Origin: Phoronis australis
Taxonomy: Eukaryota; Animalia; Phoronida
Direction: 5' to 3'
NCBI GenBank assembly: GCA_002633005.1
Contig: NMRA01000265.1
Coordinates: 64,362 to 128,361 of the forward strand
DNA: 64,000 nt
This document shows, piece by piece, positions 38,816 through 53,100 of the stretch. Every line of letters begins with the position of its first letter. Position 1 is the stretch's first letter. The position numbers and the translations under genes are program-made. Under the pieces are notes generated by a model that saw only the letters and a program-made list of their open reading frames with translations, was not told the DNA's origin and made no database searches.

Positions 38816-39809
38816 ACAAGAGCGAGGACAATTCATTGACTTTGAAGCAGTATTCCCATACACAGAATCTACCGTATATATATCTACTATAATGTTAATT
38901 CTTCACTTCTTCAGCATACAATATGGCAGATAAGTGAAATCTTATTTTCTTAAATTACTTAAAAATCAAAATTGAGAATATAGTCTATAATTAACTTTGA
39001 CTGGACTTAACAAATGCCATAAAACAGCATTTGGTGAAGTTGCCATTACATGCCAATGAAACTTAAAAAATTACCTTTTGGAAATTATTTTTAGTGAAAT
39101 AAACGGAGAATTATGGTAACTTATAGTAAGAGTTGTAAAAACATCAGTACTTCTCTGACAACAAAAGAAAGAATGAGGCAGATGTTAACCACCACCAGCA
39201 CTGTACACGGGATAAACAGATAAATGTATTTACCAGATTTAACCTAAAAACATCACCCAGTCATAGTTTAAGTTGAAATATATAACTCATTGTGTTCACT
39301 TCCTCAGTCACCTAAACAACTGACACTTTTTTCTATTTTAAGCCAAAAATGGGTCAAGCCACCAATTTAAAGGGTCAGTGAAAATAGATCGTCCAATAAA
39401 AACAAAACAATACTACCTAAATAAGTATGTTAAGAGGCTAATGTTGTCCAGAGGTGGCAAAGACCCAACAGATGGATCTGTTTGTAGAAATGTCCAGGGT
39501 TAATGTCCACGGTTTTTACACAAACAGTTCTTGTCCAGTGCTGCTTAGGTTTAAGTGAAAATCATAGTTTTTAGTAAGCATAATTGGAAACAAATCATAA
39601 CCACAATGAATTTGTTCAATCAAGCAATGAACCCATTATTAACATGGCACTTATATAAACATCTATGGATGAGGAAGGTTACGAATCTTAAAATTTAAAA
39701 TTCAGAATCAAATGTTACTTAAGGTACTTTTTGTTCTGTTTTCAGAGTAACTTGAACATGTTTTCAGATTTGAATGTTTCAAGAACAGCTGAAATTTCAT
39801 AAAGGAATT

Positions 39810-40277
39810 AAAGGCCCATAGAACAATGTGCCTGGTTTCCTATTAGTGCCGTTTACACTTACAAAGTTGGCACGGATCAGCTGACACGGAATTTTTGCCA
39901 CCCGTTTGTGTCGGGTAGAGTAATTTGCATCCGAACATCTTGCGCCGTGTCAATTATAAGTCTAAACGCGAAACTGGAGTAAGGCGGAAAGGATCATCTC
40001 TACTGCGCTTGTGCAATGACCTATGTACAGGTTCTTTGTCTCAGCAACTCTCGTCATTTGTAAACCTGCGCATGTGCGATCCAGTCTTTCCAGCCTTTAA
40101 TTTCCGTCTTGCCACGGTTAGTGAGTTGTGTGTGTAAACGGCCGCTTGACACGGGTCAATTTGCTCCGTGTCAGTTGCGCTGGGCCAAAAGTTGATGTCT
40201 AAACGGGACTCTATTGGACACACTGCTGAGCCAAATACAACGTCAACTTTCATATCTTAAAAAGTTCACTGTGGCCT
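39810..40277. mobile_element. Degenerate MITE with long imperfect TIRs (Kolobok-like ttaa-agg left end)
   Basis: ccgtttacac..ttggc..gctgacacgga (39849-39890) mirrors tccgtgtcagt..gccaa..gtctaaacgg (40166-40207); right end eroded. Confidence 0.5.
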
Positions 40278-43200
40278 ACTGAAGTTCTGTATCTGAGTTT
40301 CACAGAATAATACTGCAAAACTATCGAGTTATTGAAAAAATCCAACGGATCTAAGAAAATTAACTGAATTTCATCGTAGTCATTACAGTGATCTCATGGC
40401 TTGACAGACAGTTGCTATTCCCTGTAGGAGTGCACCTAGCTGTGATGCGTACGTACAACATCTGCATAGTATACGCAGAATGCATACCTATAGTAGATAC
40501 CCAAATCGGTTTTACCTTCTCAACCAAATATTTATACATTCCATGGGTTCGGCTCAGCAAATAGGAGTGCTGACTAACAGAACCATAGCCACGGCTGCGC
40601 AAGTCTGGTGAAGCTTGGATTACCAGAATATTCACTGGGCTTTCAATGACAGAAGCTCTCAAACAGAGACTAAGTCAACAGAGCTAGATTTGGACTGAGG
40701 GTAGTACCAGTGTATACACCTGCCTTCCTGTGGCCTTCCTTAGTCAGAATGAATGAGTGACTACTGTCTCCAACAATCACAACACCATCTTGTTGGCCAA
40801 TGAAAATGTACAATGTTTGGTTATACACACATGTTGTAGATAATTGAAACTTAAACAGAACAAGTGATGAAAAGTAACCAACAAGTTACATCACAAGCTT
40901 TCACGCCCACTTCCATTGTTTCCAGCTTACCATTCAATCCAAACAGAGACCATCCAGTCTCTGTGGGGGAGCTGGACTACAAAACCCATTCATAAAATCA
41001 CACAAGTTTGTAAACATAGGGTAAACACTACAGCTAACTCTGATTCATAGCTCCACCAAAAGGAGTTCCACAAGTCTCCCGGACCAATTTGTGAACACTG
41101 ATTTCGCTTCTGTATTTCTTTCTCCTACGACATTCTGATCTAAAAGATAGCATAGGGACAATCACAGCGACAGTCTGTAGAAAACCTACACACAATTATT
41201 AGATGACCAACTCCTATATGAAGCAGCTATTAGGATCCAGTCCACTGTAAATACACTCATTCTAGGTCTAGCCTAGGTGATCGGCATTTTGATAAATCTC
41301 AGAGTGTGCTTGAATAGAAAGAAAAACACAGTAAAAACTGTTCCCGAATTATAAAGGACGGGGAGAGAGGGATAACAAATCAAGCCAATAATATCACAGA
41401 GCAGGAAAATGCATGAATGTTATCGGTCAACCAGTGTGAAATGCACATTTGAATAATCTTCGGCACACTGTCTCCAATGCCTTTGAAATTTGAGATTTCA
41501 CCGACTGTGACACAGTTATGATTCATGTAGGGGATATGTTATGAATGACAACTGTTATGTAAATCCTAACAAAAATAATGTGGTGAGGTTACCATAGTAA
41601 CTTCCAATGGCATCTTGGTGTTATTTGGTGGATTCTGGTTTTACAGACCACCCTGAAACACATTTGTTACTAAGTGTTCACTTTCAACATTGGAAATTTG
41701 TAATATATAATTCATAGGGCATGTTCTCGATTTTGAAACAAAAGGACACATTTGAGGGTTAAGACATCTAAATCAATCACCATCAGAAAAAAATCCACAC
41801 ACATACTTTTTGCTGTAGAATGATAAAAAAGATTGAAACAACAAAACTTGCACACTTGAGCTTATTTATTTAGAAGAAGTGTTTACCATTCTTCAGGTCA
41901 TTGTATGATACACTCAGAACACAGCAAAACATTGGAAAGACCACTGTTAAGTATTAGCTTTTTTGGAAAGCTGGTCCTGACGGTTGATAAGACAAGTGCT
42001 GGGAATGCCGGAGGCTGTTTCTCAACACTTGTTCCATAATAGCTGCAACAGTGGCAGAGCCCAGCTGCATGCAGGCTAAAAAGCCAGCCTGCAGATAATA
42101 ACAAAGTCTATAAACAATTAAAACCAAGAAGACACTAATAATAGGCGTGCATCTGGAGAACATGGGAACGTTGGTGGATGCTTGTTTTCAAAAATATTTA
42201 TTGGCTTCCCTATCTGAAAGCAGTGCTCAAGCTTTTGGCAACGGTGTTAAGTTCACCGTTTTGCAAAGCAAATTCAACGAAAAATGAAACGCTATGAGGG
42301 ATTCCAAGAATGTTGTTGAAGGCAACACCCTGGAGTGAGAGCACTGTTGATGTCAGCATATCCCATTGTTGAAACACATGAATGATAGTAAAATACCTGC
42401 AATAGATTAATAACACTATATCTCCCTAGTAACAAAACCTCAAGTAAAAAATAACGAACCATGATTTACCTCCAGCATTTTGGGTCTTGAAATGGACTTT
42501 CTGAAAAGAGGCTGTAATAACCGACAACAAGTCATGGGATGAGTACAATGCATTATGGGCAACGGAACTTCAAACAAAATAGTTTCGCATGTAATTTACG
42601 ACCATGCACATGAAATGAATTGGGTTTATCAAAATCCCATAAAAAATGAAAAACGGGTCACTTTGTCACACAAAGATCCAGGCTGAGACAGGCCAACAAA
42701 GAGAGGATTATCAAACCAAATTTACCTAACCACCAGTAGCAGGATTCAGGGGCATTATTTTTTTACAAATGCACCAGATTTTTTTTCTCATCTAAAAATA
42801 CAGTAAACCTCACCAACCTACTGAAATTTCAATTTCTCATTTTCCATGAAACCCATGTACCGTAGTACGAAATTAATCCTTTACCATTTTCAAGTTCTGC
42901 ATAGTCGATACCACAAAACAAAATTTTGAATGTTATAACCCCTCGCAATTTGAAAAAGGAATAATTCTGGCAGTTGTTTTTCTTCAAAATTTTTGGAATT
43001 TTACTGCAAAACAGATAACAGACAAATCTCTGTTCCTAGCCTAGAGAGGGCAGCATTGCTAAGAACATGAATAACAAAAATTAATAATTAAGTTCAAGTT
43101 TCAAAAGAAATTGCAGACGCAATAGTTTATTATTACGTCTGGACAGCATAAAATCTATAAAACAGTATCAGTACACCCACAAACAAGAGATTATATTCTA

Positions 43201-43680
43201 AACTTTTCCAATCACTTTGATGTATAGAATTAGACATAAAATTAATTTTCATACTACACAGCTGCAGAACTGAACAAATGGACTTTTGTTCAAGTTTGAT
43301 ACCCTAAAATAAACTAACCACAAATATATCAGCAGTTAAATCAGCCCAGATTAATATGAGGACATCATGAAATCCTGTCTCGTGACAACACAAATTATTG
43401 TTTTGCTAACATTTACTTTTAACCATCTATGATAAATTTTACATACTAAGACTCAAACCCAGCCAATCTTTAAATTGAATTCATCAGCTTCATATGCCAA
43501 TTCTAACCTTGCAGATTCCAGTGTCTCTTCACATGAAGCAAGAACAGCACAAGTGGTCCGTATGCTATTTCAAACAGCTGACTCAGACACCAAAGTCTAC
43601 ACGTGCAGAGCGAACACTAAAAAGTAATGCCACACACCTCACACTGATGGCGACCTTAACAAGATACTCTCGCATGAGAT

Positions 43681-43745
43681 ACAATGGGATGAACAACTAA
43701 GAACGAGAAACTAACAATGGGATGAACAACTAAGAATGAGAAACT
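43681..43745. repeat. 33-bp tandem duplication (acaatgggatgaacaactaagaaYgagaaact)
   Basis: Read directly; one mismatch. Confidence 0.9.
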
Positions 43746-45103
43746 GATCAAGTTTTGTCTGCATCACTGTTCCCTGTGTGTCTCCAACACAGTTGTAGAT
43801 AACATATCTCTCGTGTTTTATCCAGCAGCATTGAATCAATTTTCGGCATATAAACTTCCCTGCATGTTGCGGCAATTCTTTACTTGTTTAGCGCACAGTA
43901 TGGCTGACAAGTGAAATTCTACTTTGTAATTTTTTCCACTAAAATAAAGATTAAGAAAATTTTAGTCTAACACTAGCATGTTTTGTACTGAGTGAATGGC
44001 ATAACACAACTTTTGGTAAGACTGTATATTTCTGGGTTCCATTTAAATGAAGGTAATATTAAATAAAAATCCTCTTGAAACTAAAAAGCCGAATTCCCCA
44101 TGTTGTTTTTACTATTTTATCCACAACGCAAGAGGGGACACCTGGCGGTGAACCAAGTCTGAGATATGGACGAAATGGCTGTACACAGACAACCTCAAGG
44201 TAAGGCTTTTTAGTTCCAAAATATTATCAACTTTTGGTAAATTTCCATTGTTTTTCTAAAGTGATCAGCCTTTGAAAAATTTAAAATGACACTTTTGGCA
44301 AAAATTTTTGTACGGAATAAGAGAATTACTGTTCTCATAATGAGCACAAAATAGTGATGGGAAAGTGGAATATGTTCAGTTCACTTTCTTTGTTAAAAAT
44401 AAACATTATGAAGAATCATCAGATTAGTGGAACTGTTTTTGAGGTATGAAGCTATTGCGGATATTGTATAGGATTAAATTTTCGGATTATGGAGAAATTA
44501 CGAGTCTAAAGAAATTCCTGTTGAGCACAATAAATGAATTACGGTAGAGTAGAAATAAATTTTTACACAGAGAGTTAAGAAATAATAACGACTGTTGGTA
44601 AATTGGCAAATTTCAAGATTTCAAACGGAGTGTTGTAATATTCTGCTGACTGGAGATGACACCACGGCATTGACTGTTCCATGGATTTGGGAGGTGCCGG
44701 GGAAACTATCAAATGTTGCTTAGGCACCCATCAAGCTCTCCCTACACTCACCTAGTTTATGGTGTGGCACTGACAACATACTGGCAGGTTCTGATCAATT
44801 TTGGCATAATTCATGCAAAATTAAGGGTCATGACCTTTACACATTGCTCAAATCCAGCCACCTTATATATAGACCTCATATGGTAGACAAATATTATCCT
44901 AATGATTATTATAAATGCTACCTGAAACCTCGGTTACCACACAAAACATCGCCAACAGACTGTGATCTGGGGCCTTGGCCTAGAATGAATGAACTACCAA
45001 ACCACATGGACTGATCAGCAAGCCTTCCCATTCCTACAATAGCCACCACCACCATCAGCCCTGTACTGGACAGCAGGATGAGTTGACAAGAAGCAAAACT
45101 CAC

Positions 45104-45166
45104 ATATTTGTTCCACTCCACTTCACAATATTCCCACAACCATTCCTTGAGGTCTGCGGTCTCCAT
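45104..45166 (-). CDS. Candidate alternative first coding exon C (METADLKEWLWEYCEVEWNKY)
   Basis: GTA-ATG-G context, 21 codons, phase-0 donor TAT|gtgagt. Confidence 0.45.
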
Positions 45167-48100
45167 TACCACAGGGGAGACCGCCCAGCTATTAACTATC
45201 TAAACTGGATCCAGGTTTCTTCATGAGCATCTGATTGACCAAGTTTTTGTGGACATTTCTAACTTGGTCCGGCCAAACAATACAGAGGGGTGGACAGGAA
45301 GTTCATTCCTTGTGAAGTTGACCATAAGTCAAGTGTTGCACACTGAGGCCCATGTCTAACAGACACTAATCCATTATGTTAATCCTATCAATAAAAGAAT
45401 CTGTCAAAACGTGAATGCAGAAAGAAGACAAATTGCTTTATTTTCACCCCCCCCTCCCAAAGAAATGTGGGAATTCGATACTGATAATCTTTAATGTACA
45501 CACCATCTCAGCACAAGTTCCTCACAAGCCTTCTGAAGATGGCCAAGAGATGATCACCTTCACAAGAAGGAGTGATTACATTGAAGTAGAACCATTGTGC
45601 CTGACCAAAAACAAACAGGACACAATAGCAGGAGGTTCCCTAGCTTTCTGCAGGATTCCTATCACCAGGTGAAAAAATGTAGTGGGAGGATATCTGCGGC
45701 TTGTGTGTAATGTTAAAGTATAACAATCCTGGTACTTCACCACCTTCTACTAAGTTTCGTGTTGGTCACTGTCAGAAGAAAGTGGGGAGAGGTGGTACTC
45801 CCCTAATTTGAACGAGGCCTGCACAGAACAAATGTGAAATATCCATCACTAACAACATGTGATCAAACTGCGATTTGGGAACTTTTGATCCCATCAATTG
45901 TTACGATTATTGGAGAAGTGCGACCGCAAGTGAATTTCTAATTTAGAATGGCAGAACCTTGGAATATCAGAATGACCTGAGGCTTATAAGATATATGAAC
46001 CTTTGACTATGCAGGTCCTTCATTAAATAACCAGCATCATGTACTGATGAGGACATACATTTTTGAATAATTATGAACATGGATAAATACCAATTTTCAT
46101 ACGTTGAATCAAAAAGCATGAATTTTACAGGTCACAGAATCCTAAGGAATAAATTCAGTGCTATTTACATTTTCTAATCATGAAGTAGGAACACAAAATG
46201 TCAACTACACATTTGTTCCGAGATGCAAAATAGATTAAAAATGAATAGTAAACTCCGCCCTCATCAAACTTGTAATCTGATGTTCTGATCATGTTGTATA
46301 CCTATTAAAATATACTTAGCAAGAAACGGGTATGTTGTCACTTAAAACACATTGAAACAGCTGGGTATGGTTATATCATATCTAGTTAATGCCAGGACAT
46401 AATTGCAGTGTGCTTAAAATGACATAGATTTCAAATTCCTCCAAAACAGCTCCCAGGCGAAACTCCAGGGTCTGAGAGCACTGAACTTTTGATGAGATCT
46501 TGGCCCATCACGTGGCCTGTTTAAAGTGAACTTATAAACGATATGATTGGCTTATTTGCAAGTCGAAACTCGAGTCACTGGCCTTGAAGTTCAATGAAAT
46601 TTTGCTGGTTTGTAGTAAAACTCAAGTTAAAAATTTATATCTTCCTCCCTTTATTGTCGGCAATTATTTTTCTGTAATGACTAACTTGGATATATTTCAA
46701 GCTAACACAATGCCTTGCAATGTACATTTCATAAGCTATACCAGGCAACAGGTGTCATGAACAATAACTCGAATGTGAGGCAAAGGTGAGAAGGCTAACA
46801 GCAGATTGTATAACATCTGAAAACAAAGCCCAGGGGACAAATTGTATGATGCACCTGTACAAAGGATAGAACCCCAAGTCGGTGAATCGCTTGGTTTGTT
46901 TTGAAATGGAAGGAAATGGTTTTAACTGACAACTTTGGCCGCGGGGCCCTTTGGTCAACCACGAGTCAATGGTTTGCAAGCTGTAGACTATTTTTGGCAA
47001 AGACCACAAACAACAAAAGACCAATCGTCCTCACTAGCAGCAAATTAGCAGCTGTAAGAAAAAATTACAAAAAACACATTTCCCTTTCTTAAATTTTAGG
47101 TGATAATGACCTTTTTAGACAAACATGGTGAATTAGATGCTCTCATTATTGTTGCAGGCTAAGTAAGCAGAGTAGTCTTTATTCAAAGGACCAACGTTCA
47201 ATTGACTTGGTCATGTTACAGTCACCAGCTCCAGGGCTATAGAACTAAACTGACAGGTAGTTGCTTCACCTTAAATAAAGGCTTGCTTCTTATTAGTTAA
47301 CAATGTGGTTTATCTTATGACCCAATAAAATTGTCACAATACCTGAGGCAGATGTCGTTAAGTTTTCTGGTCAGCTTTACTCAGAAATCACAATACGGAA
47401 AAGCAAATTTCACATTCTTACCAGCCATAGACCCCAGATGTGATGGTTTGAGTCCTCTGAAATTAAGTCTTCCATGGCTGCATCCATGTCCAAGAGGCCT
47501 CCACCACAAAGTACGCAACATAAATACTGTTCATGTATTAGTCATTCTTCTCTACCGCGACATACGATCAATCAAGTTAATCCAATTAAATTTTAAGCAT
47601 CAAAAAACAACAGGTACTGACAGATTCTGAACGAGACAGTTGTGTTGACTACAGGTTTACAGCTAGAACGTTCGCCCTCATTGCGAATGTTTTCAGTGAC
47701 TATGTACTGGCCTCTCAGTTTACAGTATTTGTCAAACGCCAACAAAGGAGTTCTTTGACATTGGACAATCGAGAATAGAAAACATACAAGACACACTCTT
47801 CAGATCTATGGACAATGAGCACGGAAATGAATAATACGATCGCTCAGCTCGACCCATCGCAATCAATACCGCATACGGTACTACAGGTGGTAGGCAATTA
47901 CACGCAGCCCTAACTACACATCATTCATGGCCAGATAACCCCAACCACAACTAGTCCTATTTGATGGTTGATGGACATGCTTTGATTGAGAAGAGAAAAC
48001 ATAAGAACAAGCCCCTACAACAGACACAATAGCTATATTGATGTTTTTCTAAGGGCAGGAACATCTTAACAGGTGGCTAGGTAAACAGTAATGTGGGCTG

Positions 48101-50072
48101 GAGGAGAAGCATGTGACAGAGGGGTGCCACCCCATATCCTGCCCCATAGAGATCGCTTTGTAACACACTGATTGGTCATTACGCAATTTATGTACACAGT
48201 AAAATAAACTGACCCATTTGTACGCTGGTCATTCATGACGCTGACCTGGTTTTTCGCTGAATTTTTTGAATGACACAGGCTGAACATAAAGGCAATACAA
48301 AAATCAACACCACATCTGACATTAACACCTACGTAACACAATTCAGTCATGTTGTCAACAAAGTAGTCAACAGAATATCTCGAAGGAATAGCTTCATAGG
48401 AAAACATATTCAGGAGAAATCCAAGTCTATCATATAAAATGTTTATTTTGAAGACAAAACTGGTAATTGACTGAGGTTTTTGCAAAATATCTAGCCAATA
48501 GTATGATGTCATCCTCGGGGAATTTAGAAAGAAGAAAATTTGAAGCACACCTGAACACATCTCCAAATGTCAGTTTCCTACACATGTGCATATTTACAAA
48601 CAAAACAAGACATAGGAACGGTGAGAACTAAAAAATAAAAGAATTCATACACAAAAATTCAAGACCTCCCAGAATTTTAACAAAGGAAGCTTAAATGAGG
48701 GGGTGTGAGAACATGGATTTCTCTATACAATTAGACATAATGTAGCTGATTCACTAATGAGAAAGTTAACAATAGACCAAATTCCACAGGGCCTATATAA
48801 TATTCTTCACATCATACGCGTCAACCTGTTCCATTTTTACAGCTCAAATTAGTTTTGCTGTCTAAATTAAGGCCGTACATTCACAAGATACATATGATTG
48901 GTGAAGAACAGTTGTTCCTGGCCATGTGCCAGTTGTTCTCCCGTGAACAACATACTATTCAGATTACATACAAGCAGTAATTAACAATCGCAGGTGAAAT
49001 GTATTAAAACCAAGTGAATCCTATAAGAACATGGCCAATCATTCTTACTTGGTTGGCATAGAAGTGAGCGGTCCATAGAATACGTTCGTAATCCGACATC
49101 AGAAAAACTCTGTGTCTATCCATGTCCTTGCTGGACAGTCAACAAACCCATGCAGAACACTTCAAAAGGCCATCACAGCCTTGAATCCACCGTCACTCTT
49201 GAGAAGGGAATCTTTCCAAAAATGCCAAGCAACACTTCTACATTATTCATAAAACACCATGACAGTTGCCTGTCATGAACCGGCAGGTAGAAGACCTTTG
49301 CTTACAACTATACACAGGGCGCAGCAGCGCTTGCCTAACAAAGCTTTGTTATCATGGAGGCAAGTCCTCATTACAAGGCTTTATGTTGGTAGGAAGTCTG
49401 TTTTTGTAACTGAAGCTGTTACACAATATCATGGATATAATGTAATAATGGTGAATCTGACATGATGGTCTACACACAATCAATAAAGTAGTGATCAGCC
49501 TGGAATCACCTCAAAGTGACTGTTCACCAAAGGTCACACCGGTGATACAAGGTAACAGACTCAAAACAAAATCAATAGAAATGCTTTGTCTATGTAACAT
49601 TTACAATTAGTAACGCAAAATGCAACATTTCATTGTGTTAGAATGTGGTTCTCAAAATATTGTAAACAACAGCGACGGCTCATTTAATTTTCAAAACTGT
49701 GCTAGAAGTACAGTTCAACCCTCAAAATATCTAGTACCATGCAGAATTTCCCAGGTCCCAGATACCATGGCAAGCCGCGTGGAACCATGTGATTCTACGG
49801 TAACGTCATAGCAACGTGTGCATGTTGAATGTAGGTGAAAACGTAATTAACGAAGCGTAGACAATCACTTGACCATCAGGCATACAATCAAAGATATAGA
49901 GCATTAGCCAATGAAGCATAAGTAATCACCAGACCATCAAGGGTAGATAAGAAGAGGATCCCTAGTCTGACAGATGCGGGTGATTAAGAACAGTTTGAGC
50001 CGGCAAGGTTCTCTGTGGTACTGACATGCGAAGAGGCGTTAGTGTAATCTGTATAACATGTAACACACATAC

Positions 50073-50165
50073 CTTGGGCACAAATGATCGCGGCCTCATT
50101 CTTGTCAAGTTGGTGTCAGGGCTAGCGTGCAAGTAACTCATGGCAGAGACATCAAGAACTTTCAT
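50073..50165 (-). CDS. Candidate alternative first coding exon D (MKVLDVSAMSYLHASPDTNLTRMRPRSFVPK)
   Basis: 31 codons; second ATG in GCC-ATG context at 50141; phase-0 donor AAG|gtatgt. Confidence 0.5.
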
Positions 50166-53100
50166 ATCACATTATTTACCACGCAGGAACATGCAAGACT
50201 TGACAGATGCACAAGGCAATCCCCAAAACATTAAATGCAGGCTACAGCCTTGAATCCTCTCTGGCAAATGGGTGGAGTGCAGATGACTAAATCTGGTCAC
50301 CATTCGCTACCCGGCCTCCATTGGGGTGTTAGCAACAGCTGACAGCAGGGTGGCATTGGCTACTGAATGGACGGAGAAAACTTTCTCACGTTTTAGCCTG
50401 GCCTAAATATAATGACTCAAAGGAATTAGTTTTGTGGCGATTGTTAGGTAAATACCGCACACATTGTATGGGTTCCACCAGGCCAGAAAACCTAAACATT
50501 CAAATTATGATTAATTGTATGCAATGTCAACAGGGGGCACAATGCAAATTGACTGCCAGGGTATATGGCCCCAGTATCAGTTTCCTTGTTTATTGTTGCT
50601 AGCTGGCCAGCTCTTTTACAAGACAATAACTAGGCATTGAAAAAATGAGTTTAATTTGAGTCAACCAAGGGTGCTGAAGTGTGCGAAAAAATGCCAGTCT
50701 CCATCTGAATTGTGACACCACAAACAGTGTCGACGACCAGCCACAACTGCAAATAGCCCCATGGCTCCACAACACACTAAGAGGCTATATAAAGGTGTAC
50801 TTCTGGCAAACAGTGCAGGCTAGACTGAACAAACTACAGGACATTCATTGCCATACACTGCTGTAAATCACTAGCTAAGTTTTTGGTGGCTAATTGCAAA
50901 TTTAATGCAAAACTATCAGCTTCATAAACTAAAACACACGTTCGCACCAAAACTGGAGACTTAATTCTGAAGAAGAATATCAGAAATAAAAACTACATTA
51001 AAATCTTCACTGAGCAAGAATCAACACTTATTCTCCAACGGAGCAGAATCTCAGTCCTCAACACTGCCTTGAAGCTCCAAATCAGCAACTAAGGACCCGT
51101 AACTTTTTACGAAGTGACATTTCTGTTTGTGTTCCCCATCACAAGCAAGTCAGCATTCACACACTGAGTTCTCACACAAGCAATCAAAATCAGCAAGAAA
51201 GAAGAGTGACACTAATGATTACTGAGAGATATGTTCTGCCAGACAAAAAAATTGAAAACACCACAAAACATTGCAGGAAATGGATCTTTTCATATTGAAA
51301 CACACATAGACTACTTATTAAGCCATATTTTTAGTTGAAGCAATAACAGCCAATTTTGTTTTCCTTTGATTGGGTGCTTTTCAGTCTAAGTTCTTAAGGC
51401 TGTACAGTTATTGCCTTTATGGATTTGGGGGGAGGGTGAGGCGGCCCTGCCCTCCTTTCCAGGCAACCCCAAAATGGCCTTGGGGTGTTGCTTTCGCAAT
51501 GGATACCGTGGTTGGGAGACTCATTTCTTGAGCCATCCTAGATCTGCGCAAGTGAAGGACACTAAAGCAACATGTAAGATACAAGATAATGAACTAGAGC
51601 CACAACCATGCAAGTGCCAAGTGACTGCTTAGGTGATGGAGATGAGAGGTCCCTACAAATAACAGATGAATGCAGTCTGCAGTGAACGGGCTCCTCAAGT
51701 AAAATCTAACTTAGTGACCCCACAGTTGAAATGTGCACTGCAGTAAGGATCATCACAGATAGCAAAGCACTCTCAGTCCACACTGCAACACAATCTGATA
51801 TCCTAATTATTATGCAATTCATCATTATTATGCAAACAACTTCGTATTACTTTGTATGGCATTTTAAAAGACTACTCAGTCATACAATGTAGTTTTCTAC
51901 CTCCACAAAAAGAGATTTCAATTCATGATAAGGCTACACTATGTGAACAATGTAAAACATTTCAAGACTGTGTTGCAGTTCCAAAAACCAGGTGGGTGCA
52001 TTCTTTCCAAGCCCAAGTAGTGATCAGTGAGTGACGACAGCTTCAAGCAGTTGATGACAGCTGTGGAATGACTTATCAGTTCCTCACATACCACAACATG
52101 GACCCCATCTCAGGACACTCACCCATCAAAAGAATGGTTGGGTTGGAAACCTGGTCTGAATTGAAATTACATGACCAAGCATAATAGCTTTCAAAGTCCA
52201 AGGTGCCAAACAGCATTCCAAAAACTTCCAGAGACGCTAGAGTTCAATGTTTACTCTACATCTTGTCAAAAACACAGACAACAACTTCTGCGAAAGTTCA
52301 CGAAATAGTCGAAATAGTCTTTAACTCCTTTATTTCTATTTATAAACTAGAACTTGTCAATATAAGAATGGTGTCAACATAAGAATGGCAGATGTTGAAC
52401 TGATAATAATGAGCGACTAATCCAAATAATGAACTATTATTGGTGACTAATTAAACATCAAAATAGTTTAATGGTTGAAAACGCTAATAGGGAAATAGTT
52501 GAGAATGTTCCTAACACAAATGCCTTATGTCTAATCACTCATTCGTTGTAGCACATGAAATCAATAAAGCTGGTAAAAATGTTGGCCACTTGCCAGCACC
52601 AGTTCTGGGACAGGTATGACCTTTAACACAGACACAAGGTATGTCATAACCCACAGGTGAATAGCCCCCAACAAGTGCAGATGAATAAGCCAGGCAAGGA
52701 GGGTATCAAAACACTTGAGTAAGTGGGGTGCCGCGGCAAAGTTAGAAACCTAATCAATAACTTGAGATTTGAAAGACATCACCTGTCGCTATGAATAATT
52801 CAGATTTTTAAATTTAAAACATTTTAATGACTAAAAATTGTTTTCATCTGCACGCACACATAAAAAGTTTACCAGAACGTGCTTGGGTATCCATGCCCAA
52901 TTTTTAGCATTAAGCACTTATTTCAATTCCAAAATTACCAAAACCCGCCTATTTTGATACCAATCTGGCAGTACATCAAACCTATGATAGCAGCACAAGT
53001 AGTCACGATAGAGCGGATAACTCCGAAATAGGGAGCTAAACAGAGTCATGACAACAGCTGTCAGTCTCAGAGAATACCAAGCTGAAACCTTCAATAGATG

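Noticed and set aside
40360-40662. ORF with in-frame AAG|gtaaaa donor (MYKYLVEK)
   Set aside because: Weak donor and only 8 codons from the ATG; expected by chance.
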